Source: Pasteurella multocida
Lineage (GTDB): Bacteria > Pseudomonadota > Gammaproteobacteria > Enterobacterales > Pasteurellaceae
DNA length: 32,000 bases
Assembly (NCBI RefSeq): GCF_900187275.1
Contig: NZ_LT906458.1
Location: 1,500,001 to 1,532,000 of the forward strand
Direction: 5' to 3'
Numbering within the stretch: position 1 is the first letter of the stretch; each line of letters begins with the position of its first letter. Shown here in pieces: positions 7,981 through 18,906 of the stretch. The position numbers and the translations under genes are program-made. The notes beneath the pieces are model-generated. The model saw nothing but the letters and a program-made list of their open reading frames with translations. It searched no databases and had not been told where the DNA came from.

Positions 7981-8970
7981 ATGAAAAACCACGTTCGTAG
8001 TTTTAAAACCTATATTCGAGATGAAATCATTAAAAAAGGCGGTTGGGTCAATGCACATGCGCATGCCGATCGCGCCTTTACCATGACCCCGGAAAAAATC
8101 AGCATTTACCATACAAGTAATCTGCAACAAAAATGGGATTTAGTGGATGAAGTCAAGCGAACGTCCAGTGTAGATGACTATTATGCGCGTTTTTGCCAGT
8201 CCATTGAATTAATGATTTCGCAAGGTGTCACTGCTTTCGGCACTTTTGTAGATATCGATCCGATCTGTGAAGACCGTGCAATTATTGCGGCACACAAAGC
8301 ACGAGAAGTGTACAAACACGATATCACGTTAAAATTTGCTAACCAAACGTTAAAAGGTGTAATTGAGCCCACCGCACGAAAATGGTTCGATATTGGTTCA
8401 GAAATGGTGGATATGATTGGTGGTTTACCGTATCGCGATGAACTGGATTATGGTCGTGGCTTAGAAGCAATGGATATCTTATTGGATACCGCCAAATCGC
8501 GTGGCATTATGTGTCATGTACACGTGGATCAATTTAATACCCCAAAAGAAAAAGAAACCGAACAGCTCTGTGATAAAACCATTGAACATGGCATGCAGGG
8601 GCGTGTTGTTGCTATCCATGGTATTTCTATCGGTGCCCATTCAAAAGATTACCGCTACCGTTTATACGAAAAAATGCGCCAAGCACAAATGATGATGATT
8701 GCCTGCCCAATGGCGTGGATTGACAGTAATCGTAAAGAAGATTTAATGCCATTCCACAACGCCCTCACCCCTGCCGATGAAATGATTCCTGAAGGTATTA
8801 CTGTCGCGATTGGTACCGATAATATCTGCGATTACATGGTGCCATTATGTGAAGGGGATATGTGGCAAGAACTCAGTTTATTAGCCGCGGGTTGTCGCTT
8901 CCCTGACTTAGAGGCGATGGTGAATATTGCGAGTATCAATGGCAGGAAAGTACTTGGTTTAGAAGTATAA
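7981..8970 (+). CDS. Metal-dependent amidohydrolase, cytosine-deaminase-like subfamily, substrate unknown
   Basis: It has an HxH motif (NAHAHAD), HVHVDQ and a GTDN metal/acid motif, spaced as in CodA-like enzymes. The ATG at 7981 has a GGAG SD 5 nt upstream. The ORF-track TTG start at 7915 looks like an artefactual extension. Confidence 0.7.
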   Translation: MKNHVRSFKTYIRDEIIKKGGWVNAHAHADRAFTMTPEKISIYHTSNLQQKWDLVDEVKRTSSVDDYYARFCQSIELMISQGVTAFGTFVDIDPICEDRAIIAAHKAREVYKHDITLKFANQTLKGVIEPTARKWFDIGSEMVDMIGGLPYRDELDYGRGLEAMDILLDTAKSRGIMCHVHVDQFNTPKEKETEQLCDKTIEHGMQGRVVAIHGISIGAHSKDYRYRLYEKMRQAQMMMIACPMAWIDSNRKEDLMPFHNALTPADEMIPEGITVAIGTDNICDYMVPLCEGDMWQELSLLAAGCRFPDLEAMVNIASINGRKVLGLEV

Positions 8971-9028
8971 TCCTCAACAAAAAGCGAACAAAAGATCCGC
9001 TTTTGACATGTCAATATTGATAAAACAC

Positions 9029-9088
9029 ACCGCACTTTTAGACTTCGCCATCAAAGCATGCTCTTGCAAAAAGTGCGGTTATTTTTTT
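9029..9088. terminator. Inverted USS pair forming a long-loop hairpin plus T7 run. It is the probable bidirectional terminator between the amidohydrolase gene and yjjG.
   Basis: ACCGCACTTTT (9029-9039) pairs with AAAAGTGCGGT (9069-9079), giving an 11-bp stem and 29-nt loop. A T7 run follows at 9082-9088. Confidence 0.55.
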
Positions 9089-9118
9089 AAAAATTTTTGG
9101 ATAACAATACACTCAACA

Positions 9119-9790
9119 CTAGGCTGACACAATTTCCAATAATTGATCAAAACGATCAATACTGTACGTTGGCTGAATATCACTGTGATTTTCACGATCA
9201 TAATGCAACCAACAGGTATCTAAATTCGCATTATGCCCGCCTAAAATATCCGAATCTAAATTATCCCCCACCATTAACACTTGGCGACGATCTGTCACTT
9301 TTGCTAAGGCTAAACTGTGTTCAAAAATCCGAGGATCCGGTTTTGCGATCCCCACTTCTTCCGAAATGGTGACAAATTGAAACCAATCACTTAAGCCTGT
9401 TTTTTCTAAACGCAATTTCTGTAATGTCGTAAACCCATTGGTGATGATGCCTAAATTCACTTGTTCTTTTAACACGGTTAAGGTTTCCACTACGTTTTCC
9501 AACGGTTTACAAATGTCTGCCATTGCGATTAAGTAATGATCGTTCAGCTCTACTGGATTTTTATTTAAACGCTTCGCCCAACTAGCAAAACGGGTGACCT
9601 GTAATTGTTCTGCGCTAATTTCAGCCTGTTGATATTGTACCCAAAGTGGCTTATTCACACGTTGAAATTCTGTAAAATCACTTTGTTGAAAATCAACACC
9701 ATAATCTGAAAACAATTTCTGCAATCCTGCAAAAGCATCAAATGAAAACAAGGTTTCATCTGCATCAAAAAAAATCCATTGATATTTCAT
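9119..9790 (-). CDS. yjjG: HAD-family pyrimidine 5'-nucleotidase YjjG
   Basis: Collinear with E. coli YjjG (WIFFDADETLF, VNKPLWV.YQ, GIITNGF..LQ..RLE.TGL, ISEEVG.AKP, VLMVGD...SDILGG). Confidence 0.9.
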   Translation of the reverse strand: MKYQWIFFDADETLFSFDAFAGLQKLFSDYGVDFQQSDFTEFQRVNKPLWVQYQQAEISAEQLQVTRFASWAKRLNKNPVELNDHYLIAMADICKPLENVVETLTVLKEQVNLGIITNGFTTLQKLRLEKTGLSDWFQFVTISEEVGIAKPDPRIFEHSLALAKVTDRRQVLMVGDNLDSDILGGHNANLDTCWLHYDRENHSDIQPTYSIDRFDQLLEIVSA

Positions 9791-10728
9791 TAGTTCATAA
9801 CTCCGTCTATTTTCATGCGTAACGCCTGTCCATCATGACAGGTTTTAATGAGCTGAAAGAGCGCATCGGCTTGTGGGTATGCTTTTTTAAGATAACCTAG
9901 CCATTGTTTTATACGCGCGACATGATAAAACCCCGTATCAAATTGGTTTTCCGTATGCGCATATTGATGTAACAGGATAAGCACCTCAGCCCACGGCATT
10001 TTTGCTTGATTGAATTTCACCACTTGGCTTAAATTCGGAATATTCAAAGCGCCGCGCCCAATCATCAAATCTTGGCACCCCGTTTCAGCTAAACAGGCTT
10101 GCCCTGATTGCCAGTCCCAGATCTCACCATTGGCAATCACTGGAATAGATAAGCCTTGACGTACGTCATTAATTTTTGCCCAATTAATCCGATCAGCACG
10201 ATAACCATCCATTTTGGTTCGTCCATGGATAGTAATCTCTGTCGCACCACCTTGTTGTACCGCATCAGCGATCTCAAACGCTTGTTCTGAATTATCCCAA
10301 CCTAAACGCACTTTTACACTAACTGGCAAGTCCTTCGGTACTGCAGCACGTAGGGCTTTGGTGGCGTGATAAATCAGTTCGGGTTGTTTTAAGAGAGACG
10401 CGCCGCCATTGCTGCCATTCACCGTTTTTGACGGACAACCACAATTGAGATCAATACCATGCGAACCTAATTCAATCGCGCGCTGCGCATTTTCCGCTAA
10501 CCATTGAGGATGTTGCCCCAATAGTTGCACACGCACTGGCGTTCCCGAAGCGGTCAATCCTTGTTGATATAATTCAGGGCACAGACGATAGAATACTTTC
10601 GTGGGAAGAAGTTGATCGACCACCCGCACAAATTCAGAAACACACAAATCATACTGATTGACCTGTGTGAGAAGTTGACGAACAAAGGGGTCTAATACCC
10701 CTTGCATCGGAGCAAGAATTACGCGCAT
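9790..10728 (-). CDS. dusC: tRNA-dihydrouridine(16) synthase DusC
   Basis: Collinear with E. coli DusC ([56 protein letters not shown]). Confidence 0.93.
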   Translation of the reverse strand: MRVILAPMQGVLDPFVRQLLTQVNQYDLCVSEFVRVVDQLLPTKVFYRLCPELYQQGLTASGTPVRVQLLGQHPQWLAENAQRAIELGSHGIDLNCGCPSKTVNGSNGGASLLKQPELIYHATKALRAAVPKDLPVSVKVRLGWDNSEQAFEIADAVQQGGATEITIHGRTKMDGYRADRINWAKINDVRQGLSIPVIANGEIWDWQSGQACLAETGCQDLMIGRGALNIPNLSQVVKFNQAKMPWAEVLILLHQYAHTENQFDTGFYHVARIKQWLGYLKKAYPQADALFQLIKTCHDGQALRMKIDGVMN

Positions 10729-11336
10729 GTTTTATCCGTTCTCACGAGATAAAACAATGCCAACGCGCTTAACGCCCCGAATGTATCTGCCAAAATATCT
10801 TTTTGCGCATCCCACTGATCGCCCTGCGATCCTAAAAAGGCAATTCCCTCTTCACCACCAGCAATCACCGCATATTGCCACTCAATCAACTCATAGCCCG
10901 CCGCAATACTCATAATAAAAAATAGGGCAAAAAAGCCCGCTAAGATCGGACCACATAATCGACGTCGTAACAACCATTCCGCCATAGGAAAACTGTAAAA
11001 ACCAATAACATAATGTGCTACGCGATCAAAATGATTACGTCCTTCGCCTAACCAAGGGGCGAGTAGTCGATTTGCCCACTCAAAAGGCACCTGTTCAAAC
11101 GTATAGTGAGCACCAATAAGATGTAAAACCATCCATAAGCTCATTAAGAAATATGCAAGGTTGCTGAACTGAAAACGAGAATAGCTCACGACTAAAGCCA
11201 AAAAGACCAAAAAAATGGGTAATACTTCAGCATACCACACCGCCCGAGAAACAGGTTCAATGCTCGACCAAATCGCGATGACAAGCACAACGAGTGCTAA
11301 CAGCCAAGGAAATACCTGTTTGGTGGTCAAGGACAT
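10719..11336 (-). CDS. yjdF: Inner membrane protein, YjdF/DUF2238-like
   Basis: Polytopic membrane ORF of about 205 aa with [14 protein letters not shown], a motif I recall as typical of DUF2238. The ATG at 11334-11336 overlaps the djlA stop as TAATG. An alternative ATG is at 11345. Confidence 0.6.
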   Translation of the reverse strand: MSLTTKQVFPWLLALVVLVIAIWSSIEPVSRAVWYAEVLPIFLVFLALVVSYSRFQFSNLAYFLMSLWMVLHLIGAHYTFEQVPFEWANRLLAPWLGEGRNHFDRVAHYVIGFYSFPMAEWLLRRRLCGPILAGFFALFFIMSIAAGYELIEWQYAVIAGGEEGIAFLGSQGDQWDAQKDILADTFGALSALALFYLVRTDKTCA

Positions 11337-12199
11337 TATTTCCACCCTTTGGTTTTACAAATTAAATCATACGCAGATTGAATTTGCTGCGTTTTCTCTT
11401 TTGCCATCTCTAACATTTCTTTTGGTAAGCCTTTCGCCACTAATTTATCAGGATGATTTTCATTCATCAGACGGCGATAAGCCCGCTTCACGGTTTGTTG
11501 ATCATCCGTAGCAGATACACCGAGCACCTTATACGCGTCGTCAACTGTTGGACCTGACTGTTGTTGATAACCACCATATTGTTGCTGATGCTGTTGATAG
11601 CCATAATCACGTTGATAACGATTTTGCTGTTGGTAACCTGCACGAGAAAACTGGCGTGCTGCAAATTCCATCGCTAACATTTGTTCAAATTGAAAACGAG
11701 AAAGTCCTAATTCTTCTCCCACAATATACAGTACGTCTTTTTCGCTTTGATCGAGTTGAGCATCGGCGAAAGCCGCTTGAACTTGAACATGTAAAAACAT
11801 CCGTAACAAATCAGCGCGTTGTCCACAGCCTAAACGAAACTCGCGAATCACTTGGCGCAAAGGGAAATCCGCTGCCTTACCGCGTGTAAAGGCTTCTTGT
11901 GCCAAACGGCGATTGGCGTCATCTAACTGCATTTGTTGCATTAAATGACTGGCTAATTGAATATCATCTTCAGTGACTCGCCCTTTCGCTTTGCTTAAAT
12001 GTCCAAGCACCGCAAAAGTGGTTTGCATAAATAGCGATTGACGGGTGATTTTACTTTTAAAGAAACTGGAATTGACCGTCCCTAATTCATACAGCTTTTT
12101 ATCACCAAGGTGCCCTAAAATCACACCACAAATCGCGCCAAAAAAGCCACCTAACTTCCAACCAATAATCAAGCCTAAAAACTTACCAATAAAATTCAT
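11336..12199 (-). CDS. djlA: Membrane-anchored DnaJ-like co-chaperone DjlA
   Basis: N-terminal TM segment (FLGLIIGWKLGGFFGAICGVILG), central TerB-like region, Q/Y/G-rich linker, and a C-terminal J domain (DAYKVLGV...AYRRLMNENHPDKL). Confidence 0.92.
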   Translation of the reverse strand: MNFIGKFLGLIIGWKLGGFFGAICGVILGHLGDKKLYELGTVNSSFFKSKITRQSLFMQTTFAVLGHLSKAKGRVTEDDIQLASHLMQQMQLDDANRRLAQEAFTRGKAADFPLRQVIREFRLGCGQRADLLRMFLHVQVQAAFADAQLDQSEKDVLYIVGEELGLSRFQFEQMLAMEFAARQFSRAGYQQQNRYQRDYGYQQHQQQYGGYQQQSGPTVDDAYKVLGVSATDDQQTVKRAYRRLMNENHPDKLVAKGLPKEMLEMAKEKTQQIQSAYDLICKTKGWK

Positions 12200-12219
12200 T
12201 CTTCCCCTCCGAAAGCGCC

Positions 12220-12286
12220 AAAGTGCGGTTGTTCATTATACAATATCGTCCTATTCTGAATATTTTCTTAAAACCCACCGCACTTT
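12220..12286. repeat. Inverted USS pair between pyrE and djlA
   Basis: AAAGTGCGGT (12220-12229) and ACCGCACTTT (12277-12286) could form a 10-bp stem with a 47-nt loop. There is no clean U-run, so terminator function is uncertain. Confidence 0.6.
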
Positions 12287-12290
12287 TATC

Positions 12291-12935
12291 TTACTTCACG
12301 CCATATTGCTCACGATAAGCACGCATTGCTGGTAAATATTGTTGATATTCTGGTGCTTGCTCAATGAAAGTCATCAAATCATCAAAATTCACAATCGACA
12401 ACACTTGGCATTGATAATCACGTTCCACTTCTTGAATCGCAGACAATTCACCTTTGCCTTTTTCTTGACGATTTAACGCGATCATCACGGCACTGAGTTC
12501 CGCTTGATTTTGTGCAATTAAGGTCATGGATTCACGAATGGCGGTCCCCGCAGTAATCACATCATCGACCAATAAAATTTTTCCACTTAAACCATAGCCA
12601 ATGAGCTGCCCCCCTTCACCGTGATCTTTGGCTTCTTTACGGTTAAAGCAAACGGGTTTATCAATTTGAAAATGATTAAATAATGCCACAGAAACCGTCG
12701 TGGCAATCGGCAGCCCTTTATAAGCCGGACCAAAAATCACATCATATTCAACACCACTGGCTTGAATCGCTTTGGCATAGAATTCCCCTAAACGAGCGAG
12801 ATCTGCTCCCGTATTAAATAACCCTGCATTAAAAAAGTACGGGCTGATACGACCGGATTTCAGGGTGAATTCACCAAATTTTAACACCTGACGGCTCAGG
12901 GCAAATTGAATAAATTCCGATTTATAGGCTTCCAT
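12291..12935 (-). CDS. pyrE: Orotate phosphoribosyltransferase PyrE
   Basis: 214 aa. It has [20 protein letters not shown] and the PRPP-binding loop [12 protein letters not shown]. Confidence 0.95.
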   Translation of the reverse strand: MEAYKSEFIQFALSRQVLKFGEFTLKSGRISPYFFNAGLFNTGADLARLGEFYAKAIQASGVEYDVIFGPAYKGLPIATTVSVALFNHFQIDKPVCFNRKEAKDHGEGGQLIGYGLSGKILLVDDVITAGTAIRESMTLIAQNQAELSAVMIALNRQEKGKGELSAIQEVERDYQCQVLSIVNFDDLMTFIEQAPEYQQYLPAMRAYREQYGVK

Positions 12936-12950
12936 GATCCGCTCTCCTTC

Positions 12951-13667
12951 CTACTTGGCTAGCGCCTGACGTTGCACATCGAAAATAAGCTGACAACCTT
13001 CTTTAGCTAAGGCTAACAAAGTCAATAATTCTTCATGACTGAATGGTTCTCCTTCTGCTGTCCCCTGTACTTCAATCATTCGCCCATCTTCCATCATCAC
13101 GACATTCATATCCGTTTCTGCCGCAGAATCTTCGACATATTCCAAATCACAAACCGGCACGCCCTCAACAATCCCGACGGAAATCGCCGCCACTAAACTT
13201 TTAATAGGATTTACTTTTAAGGTGCCATTTTCCACTAAACCATGAATCGCATCACATAAGGCTACGCAAGCACCAGTAATCGATGCTGTGCGTGTTCCCC
13301 CATCTGCTTGAATCACATCACAATCCAATGTAATCGAGCGTTCGCCTAAGGCTTCTAAATCGACCATTGCCCGCAATGAGCGCGCAATTAAACGCTGAAT
13401 TTCAAGTGTGCGTCCGCCTTGTTTACCCTTTGCCGCCTCACGTTGCATACGGCTATGAGTTGAACGTGGCAACATCCCATATTCCGCCGTTACCCACCCT
13501 TGATTTTGACCTTTCAAAAAGCGAGGCACCGACTCTTCCACCGTCGCTGTACAGAGTACTTTCGTGTCTCCAAACTCAACCAACACTGAGCCTTCCGCAT
13601 GTTTTGTATAATGACGAGTAATTTTGATCGGGCGGGGCTGATTATTTGCACGTTCATTTGGACGCAT
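12951..13667 (-). CDS. rph: Ribonuclease PH
   Basis: 238 aa. It has [30 protein letters not shown] and [18 protein letters not shown]. The rph-pyrE order matches E. coli. Confidence 0.96.
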   Translation of the reverse strand: MRPNERANNQPRPIKITRHYTKHAEGSVLVEFGDTKVLCTATVEESVPRFLKGQNQGWVTAEYGMLPRSTHSRMQREAAKGKQGGRTLEIQRLIARSLRAMVDLEALGERSITLDCDVIQADGGTRTASITGACVALCDAIHGLVENGTLKVNPIKSLVAAISVGIVEGVPVCDLEYVEDSAAETDMNVVMMEDGRMIEVQGTAEGEPFSHEELLTLLALAKEGCQLIFDVQRQALAK

Positions 13668-13802
13668 AGTTTATTCCTTATTGTTCTTTCTTCATGATAA
13701 AAAAATTCGCAGTATTTTAGCACGCAAACTGACAGAAACGAAATTTACCAGTACAATAGTTCTGTTAAACACGACCTCTTTTTATCACATTAAGGAACTC
13801 AC

Positions 13803-14666
13803 ATGATTTATAGTATGACCGCTTTTGCACGCCTCGAAATCAAACAGGATTGGGGTGATGCCGTGTGGGAAATTCGCTCAGTTAACCAGCGCTATTTAGA
13901 AACCTTTTTCCGCTTGCCTGAGCAATTTCGTGGTTTAGAAAATACCTTGCGAGAAAAACTGCGTCAAAAACTGACGCGTGGCAAAATTGAATGCACATTG
14001 CGTATTGATAATAAAAAACAAGCTGCCACAGAAATCCATTTAAACAAAGCCTTTGCATTACAAGTGATACAGTCATTACAGTGGATCAAACAACAAGCCG
14101 GGGAAGGCGAGATTCACTTAAATGACGTGTTGCGCTATCCGGGCGTCGTTGAAGTACCAGAACAAGATCTGGATTTGATTAGCCAACAATTACTCAGCGC
14201 GTTTGACAGCTTATTAACCGAGTTTATTGCAATGCGAGCAAGAGAGGGCGAAAAACTCAACACACTCCTTCAACAACGTTTAGATGCCGTTGAAGTTGAA
14301 GCCAATAAAGTGCGGTCAAAAATGCCGGAAATTTTACAATGGCAACGAGATCGTTTATTACAGCGCTTTGACGAAATCCATTTACAAGTGGATCCCCAAC
14401 GTGTTGAGCAGGAAATGGTGTTATTAGCTCAACGGGTTGATGTCGCTGAAGAACTCGATCGTCTGCAATTACACGTCAAAGAAACCAAAGCCATTTTACA
14501 AAAAGGCGGTGCGGTTGGCAGAAAATTGGATTTTATGATGCAAGAACTTAACCGTGAATCAAATACGCTCGCGTCCAAATCTATCAGTACTGAAGTCACC
14601 AATTCTGCGGTTGAACTGAAAGTCCTTATCGAACAAATGCGTGAGCAAATTCAAAACTTAGAGTAA
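13803..14666 (+). CDS. yicC: YicC-family stress-induced protein / endoribonuclease
   Basis: 287 aa. It starts MI.SMTAFAR...WE.RSVNQRYLE.FFRLPEQFR and ends with KLDF..QE.NRE.NT..SK, as in E. coli YicC. It is divergent from rph, as in E. coli. Confidence 0.92.
   Translation: MIYSMTAFARLEIKQDWGDAVWEIRSVNQRYLETFFRLPEQFRGLENTLREKLRQKLTRGKIECTLRIDNKKQAATEIHLNKAFALQVIQSLQWIKQQAGEGEIHLNDVLRYPGVVEVPEQDLDLISQQLLSAFDSLLTEFIAMRAREGEKLNTLLQQRLDAVEVEANKVRSKMPEILQWQRDRLLQRFDEIHLQVDPQRVEQEMVLLAQRVDVAEELDRLQLHVKETKAILQKGGAVGRKLDFMMQELNRESNTLASKSISTEVTNSAVELKVLIEQMREQIQNLE
14308..14316 (+). repeat. Hin-type USS
   Basis: Exact 9-mer, inside yicC. Confidence 0.9.
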
Positions 14667-14677
14667 GGGAAAAGGAC

Positions 14678-15562
14678 ATGACTTATTCATTATTAACGGA
14701 AACCCAAGCACATGTGGTTTGCGATCTACAACAATACACGCTACTTGAAATCCAAGGCGAAGATGCCGAAAAATATTTACAAGGTCAGCTCACTTGTGAC
14801 GTTAACAAATTAGCGGTAGGAGAATCTACTCTTGCAGCCCATTGTGATGCAAAAGGAAAAATCAATTCGCTTTTTCGCTTAATTCGTACGGCTCCGCAGA
14901 CGTTCTACTTATTGGTCAAAAAAGGGTTGTTGCCAACGGCGCTTGACCAATTGAAAAAATATGCGGTTTTTTCTAAAGTGACTTTTACCCCATGTGATTG
15001 GCAAATTATTGGCTTAGCTGGAGAGAAAATCATCAATGCCTGCGATGAAATCGACGCACAAATACGTGTAACCTTATCCAGTCAACAACCACGTGTCATT
15101 TTAATCCACCCAACAGCATTAGATTTGCAAGCCAATGCTAGCCATGTGGTATGGGATTTATTGGACATTCAAGATGGCATCCCTTTATTAAGCCCTGAAA
15201 CGCAAGCGGAGTTTATTCCACAAGCATTAAACTTACAATGTTTAGAACACGCTATTTCATTCCAAAAAGGTTGTTATATTGGACAAGAAATTGTCGCCAG
15301 AGCAAAATACCGTGGTGCGAATAAACGCGCGATGTTTACTTTTGTAGCTCAAAGTCAAGAAATGCCAAATATCAAAAGTGAAGTTGAAATGCAATTGGAA
15401 AACCATTGGCGTAAAACGGGTAATATCATTAGCGCAGTGAATTTTGAGGGCACATTATGGTTACAAGTGGTGTTAAACAATCAGCTTGAAGAAGACGTCC
15501 AATTTCGTTTATCAGAACATACAGCTTTAACCCGGTTTCCTTTGCCTTATACATTAAGTTAG
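14678..15562 (+). CDS. ygfZ: Folate-binding tRNA-modification / Fe-S cluster repair protein YgfZ
   Basis: 294 aa with the family signature KGCYIGQEIVARAKYRG.NKR and an N-terminal GcvT-like fold pattern. Confidence 0.9.
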   Translation: MTYSLLTETQAHVVCDLQQYTLLEIQGEDAEKYLQGQLTCDVNKLAVGESTLAAHCDAKGKINSLFRLIRTAPQTFYLLVKKGLLPTALDQLKKYAVFSKVTFTPCDWQIIGLAGEKIINACDEIDAQIRVTLSSQQPRVILIHPTALDLQANASHVVWDLLDIQDGIPLLSPETQAEFIPQALNLQCLEHAISFQKGCYIGQEIVARAKYRGANKRAMFTFVAQSQEMPNIKSEVEMQLENHWRKTGNIISAVNFEGTLWLQVVLNNQLEEDVQFRLSEHTALTRFPLPYTLS

Positions 15563-15577
15563 TTAACATTCAGGCAC

Positions 15578-15607
15578 AAAAAAGCAGATCATATGATCTG
15601 CTTTTTT
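15578..15607. terminator. Bidirectional intrinsic terminator between ygfZ and brnQ
   Basis: A6 run, then the palindrome GCAGATCATATGATCTGC, then a T6 run (15602-15607), between convergent genes. Confidence 0.85.
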
Positions 15608-15623
15608 AATACCCACAATAAAC

Positions 15624-16928
15624 TTAATGTGCTTTCACTTTCATTTGCGCTTGTGCTTTTACAATGATTAAGCCGATGAAACAACCAAATAATGCCACCG
15701 GTAACCATTCCATTGAGTATGCTTTAAATGGTAAGCCTGCTACAACCTCAGCGCCCATGACGGATAAGATGGACACAATCGCCACCAACACTAATGGGAT
15801 GCCTTTTGCTAATTTTGGTAATGGCATGACCAAATTAACTAACAATAATAACATCGCTGTCATTGAGATTGGATAAAGGACTAATAACACAGGCACAGAC
15901 TTACTAATCACGGCATTTAACCCTTGGTTCGCCAAACCAAATCCAATCAAGGTAAATAAAATGGCATAGTTACGATAAGAAATGACAGGGAAAATACTGT
16001 TAAAGTAAGAAGAGGTTGCCACCACTAAACCAATCGCTGTTGTTAAACAAGCTAATGTCACAATTAAGCCCAGTAAGCTACGTCCTAACTCACCAAACGA
16101 TTGTGTCGTCGCATCATTTAAAATAAATACGCCTAAATTTTGACCTTTGCTCGCAACATCTGCAACAGTTTCCGCACTCAACGGGATATTGTTGCCAATC
16201 CAACCAATCGCAATATAAATAAAGGCTAAAGCAATTGCCGCAATCAGACTTGCTACAGTGGCTTGTTTAATAAAGCTGGTTTTTTTGTCACTTTTCGCAC
16301 GAATTGCGTTCATGACCACGACAGAGAAAGCAAAAGAGGCAAGCACATCCATGGTTTGATAGCCTTCGATAAAGCCAACAATTAATGGGGTTTCCATACC
16401 TGCTGAGGTATTATTGTACTCTCCGCTAATTAAAATACTCGCCATACGCACGACTAACGCAATAATTGCAACTAATAGAACAGGGGTTAAAATCGCCCCG
16501 ATACGATCCACCATTTTAGTCGGGTTTAAACTGACCCATAATGTGATCGCAAAATAAACAAAGGTAAAAGCAAATAAAGAAACGGGATCGCTGCTCCCAA
16601 TAAAAGGAATCACAGCCATATCAAAAGCTGTCGCCGCGGTACGTGGAATCGCAAAAAACGGTCCAATCGTTAAATAAATCGCACCTAACAAGAGCACAGA
16701 AATCCACGGATGAATATCTTCTAATGCTTTCTTATAGCCACCTTCATAACGAGTCGCCACTAAAATCCCTAAAAGAGGCAAACCAACGCCTGTCGTGACA
16801 AACCCAAGAATAGCTGGCCAAAAACCGACGCCACTTTCAAAACCTAATTTGGGTGGAAAAATTAAATTCCCTGCCCCAAAAAAGATGGCAAATAGCATAA
16901 AGCCAACAACAAATGTGTTTTTGTTCAT
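15624..16928 (-). CDS. brnQ: Branched-chain amino acid:cation symporter BrnQ (LIVCS family)
   Basis: Polytopic membrane protein starting GFMLFAIFFGAGNLIFPP, as in BrnQ. The ATG at 16926-16928 has a GAGG SD 6 nt upstream. The ORF-track TTG at 16940 overlaps that SD. Confidence 0.92.
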   Translation of the reverse strand: MNKNTFVVGFMLFAIFFGAGNLIFPPKLGFESGVGFWPAILGFVTTGVGLPLLGILVATRYEGGYKKALEDIHPWISVLLLGAIYLTIGPFFAIPRTAATAFDMAVIPFIGSSDPVSLFAFTFVYFAITLWVSLNPTKMVDRIGAILTPVLLVAIIALVVRMASILISGEYNNTSAGMETPLIVGFIEGYQTMDVLASFAFSVVVMNAIRAKSDKKTSFIKQATVASLIAAIALAFIYIAIGWIGNNIPLSAETVADVASKGQNLGVFILNDATTQSFGELGRSLLGLIVTLACLTTAIGLVVATSSYFNSIFPVISYRNYAILFTLIGFGLANQGLNAVISKSVPVLLVLYPISMTAMLLLLVNLVMPLPKLAKGIPLVLVAIVSILSVMGAEVVAGLPFKAYSMEWLPVALFGCFIGLIIVKAQAQMKVKAH

Positions 16929-17138
16929 AGAAAACCTCAAATATTAAAAAACAGAATTTTTTAGGATATTAAAAATAGAAAAACGCGACATTCTACTATA
17001 AAAAATCATCAACACCTACAAAAGTGAGGTAAATTATGTCCAATTTTGCGTTTATCATCGTCATTCCAGCACATTTAATGAAAAATCGTTAAAAATGCAC
17101 ACTTATTTTTCACATTTCGATAAAATACAGCACAATGA

Positions 17139-17167
17139 TTGAGTTAAACGCGCCTTTGCTGTAAACT
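17139..17167 (+). promoter_or_regulatory. Candidate sigma70 promoter of pyrG
   Basis: TTGAGT (17139-17144), 17-nt spacer, TAAACT (17162-17167). Hexamer match only. Confidence 0.35.
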
Positions 17168-17185
17168 ACTCTCCCGTCTTGATAA

Positions 17186-18856
<1,671 letters not shown>

Positions 18857-18877
18857 TTTTACCTATCAAGAAACTCA

Positions 18878-18906
18878 GCCCTACAACAACTTTGTAGGGC
18901 TTTTTT
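18878..18906 (+). terminator. Intrinsic terminator after pyrG
   Basis: GCCCTACAA (18878-18886) pairs with TTGTAGGGC (18892-18900), with a 5-nt loop. A T6 run follows at 18901-18906. Confidence 0.85.

Noticed and set aside
7803-8000. 65-aa ORF and the TTG-extended start (7915) upstream of the amidohydrolase
   Set aside because: They have no SD and a hydrophobic, low-complexity translation. The conserved enzyme begins at the ATG at 7981, which has a GGAG SD. I treat the region as non-coding leader.
9029-9079. Inverted repeats at 9029/9071, 12221/12277 and 20509/20523 as possible MITE or IS termini
   Set aside because: The repeats are exactly the USS 9-mer plus its usual A/T flanks. There are no target-site duplications and no transposase, and they are placed like terminators between genes.
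11552-11638. Q/Y/G-rich low-complexity stretch in DjlA (YQQQNRYQRDYGYQQHQQQYGGYQQQ) as a possible prion-like or inserted repeat
   Set aside because: It occupies the flexible linker between the TerB-like domain and the J domain, where I recall DjlA orthologues carrying a Gly/Gln-rich spacer. The reading frame is intact and there is no DNA-level tandem repeat.
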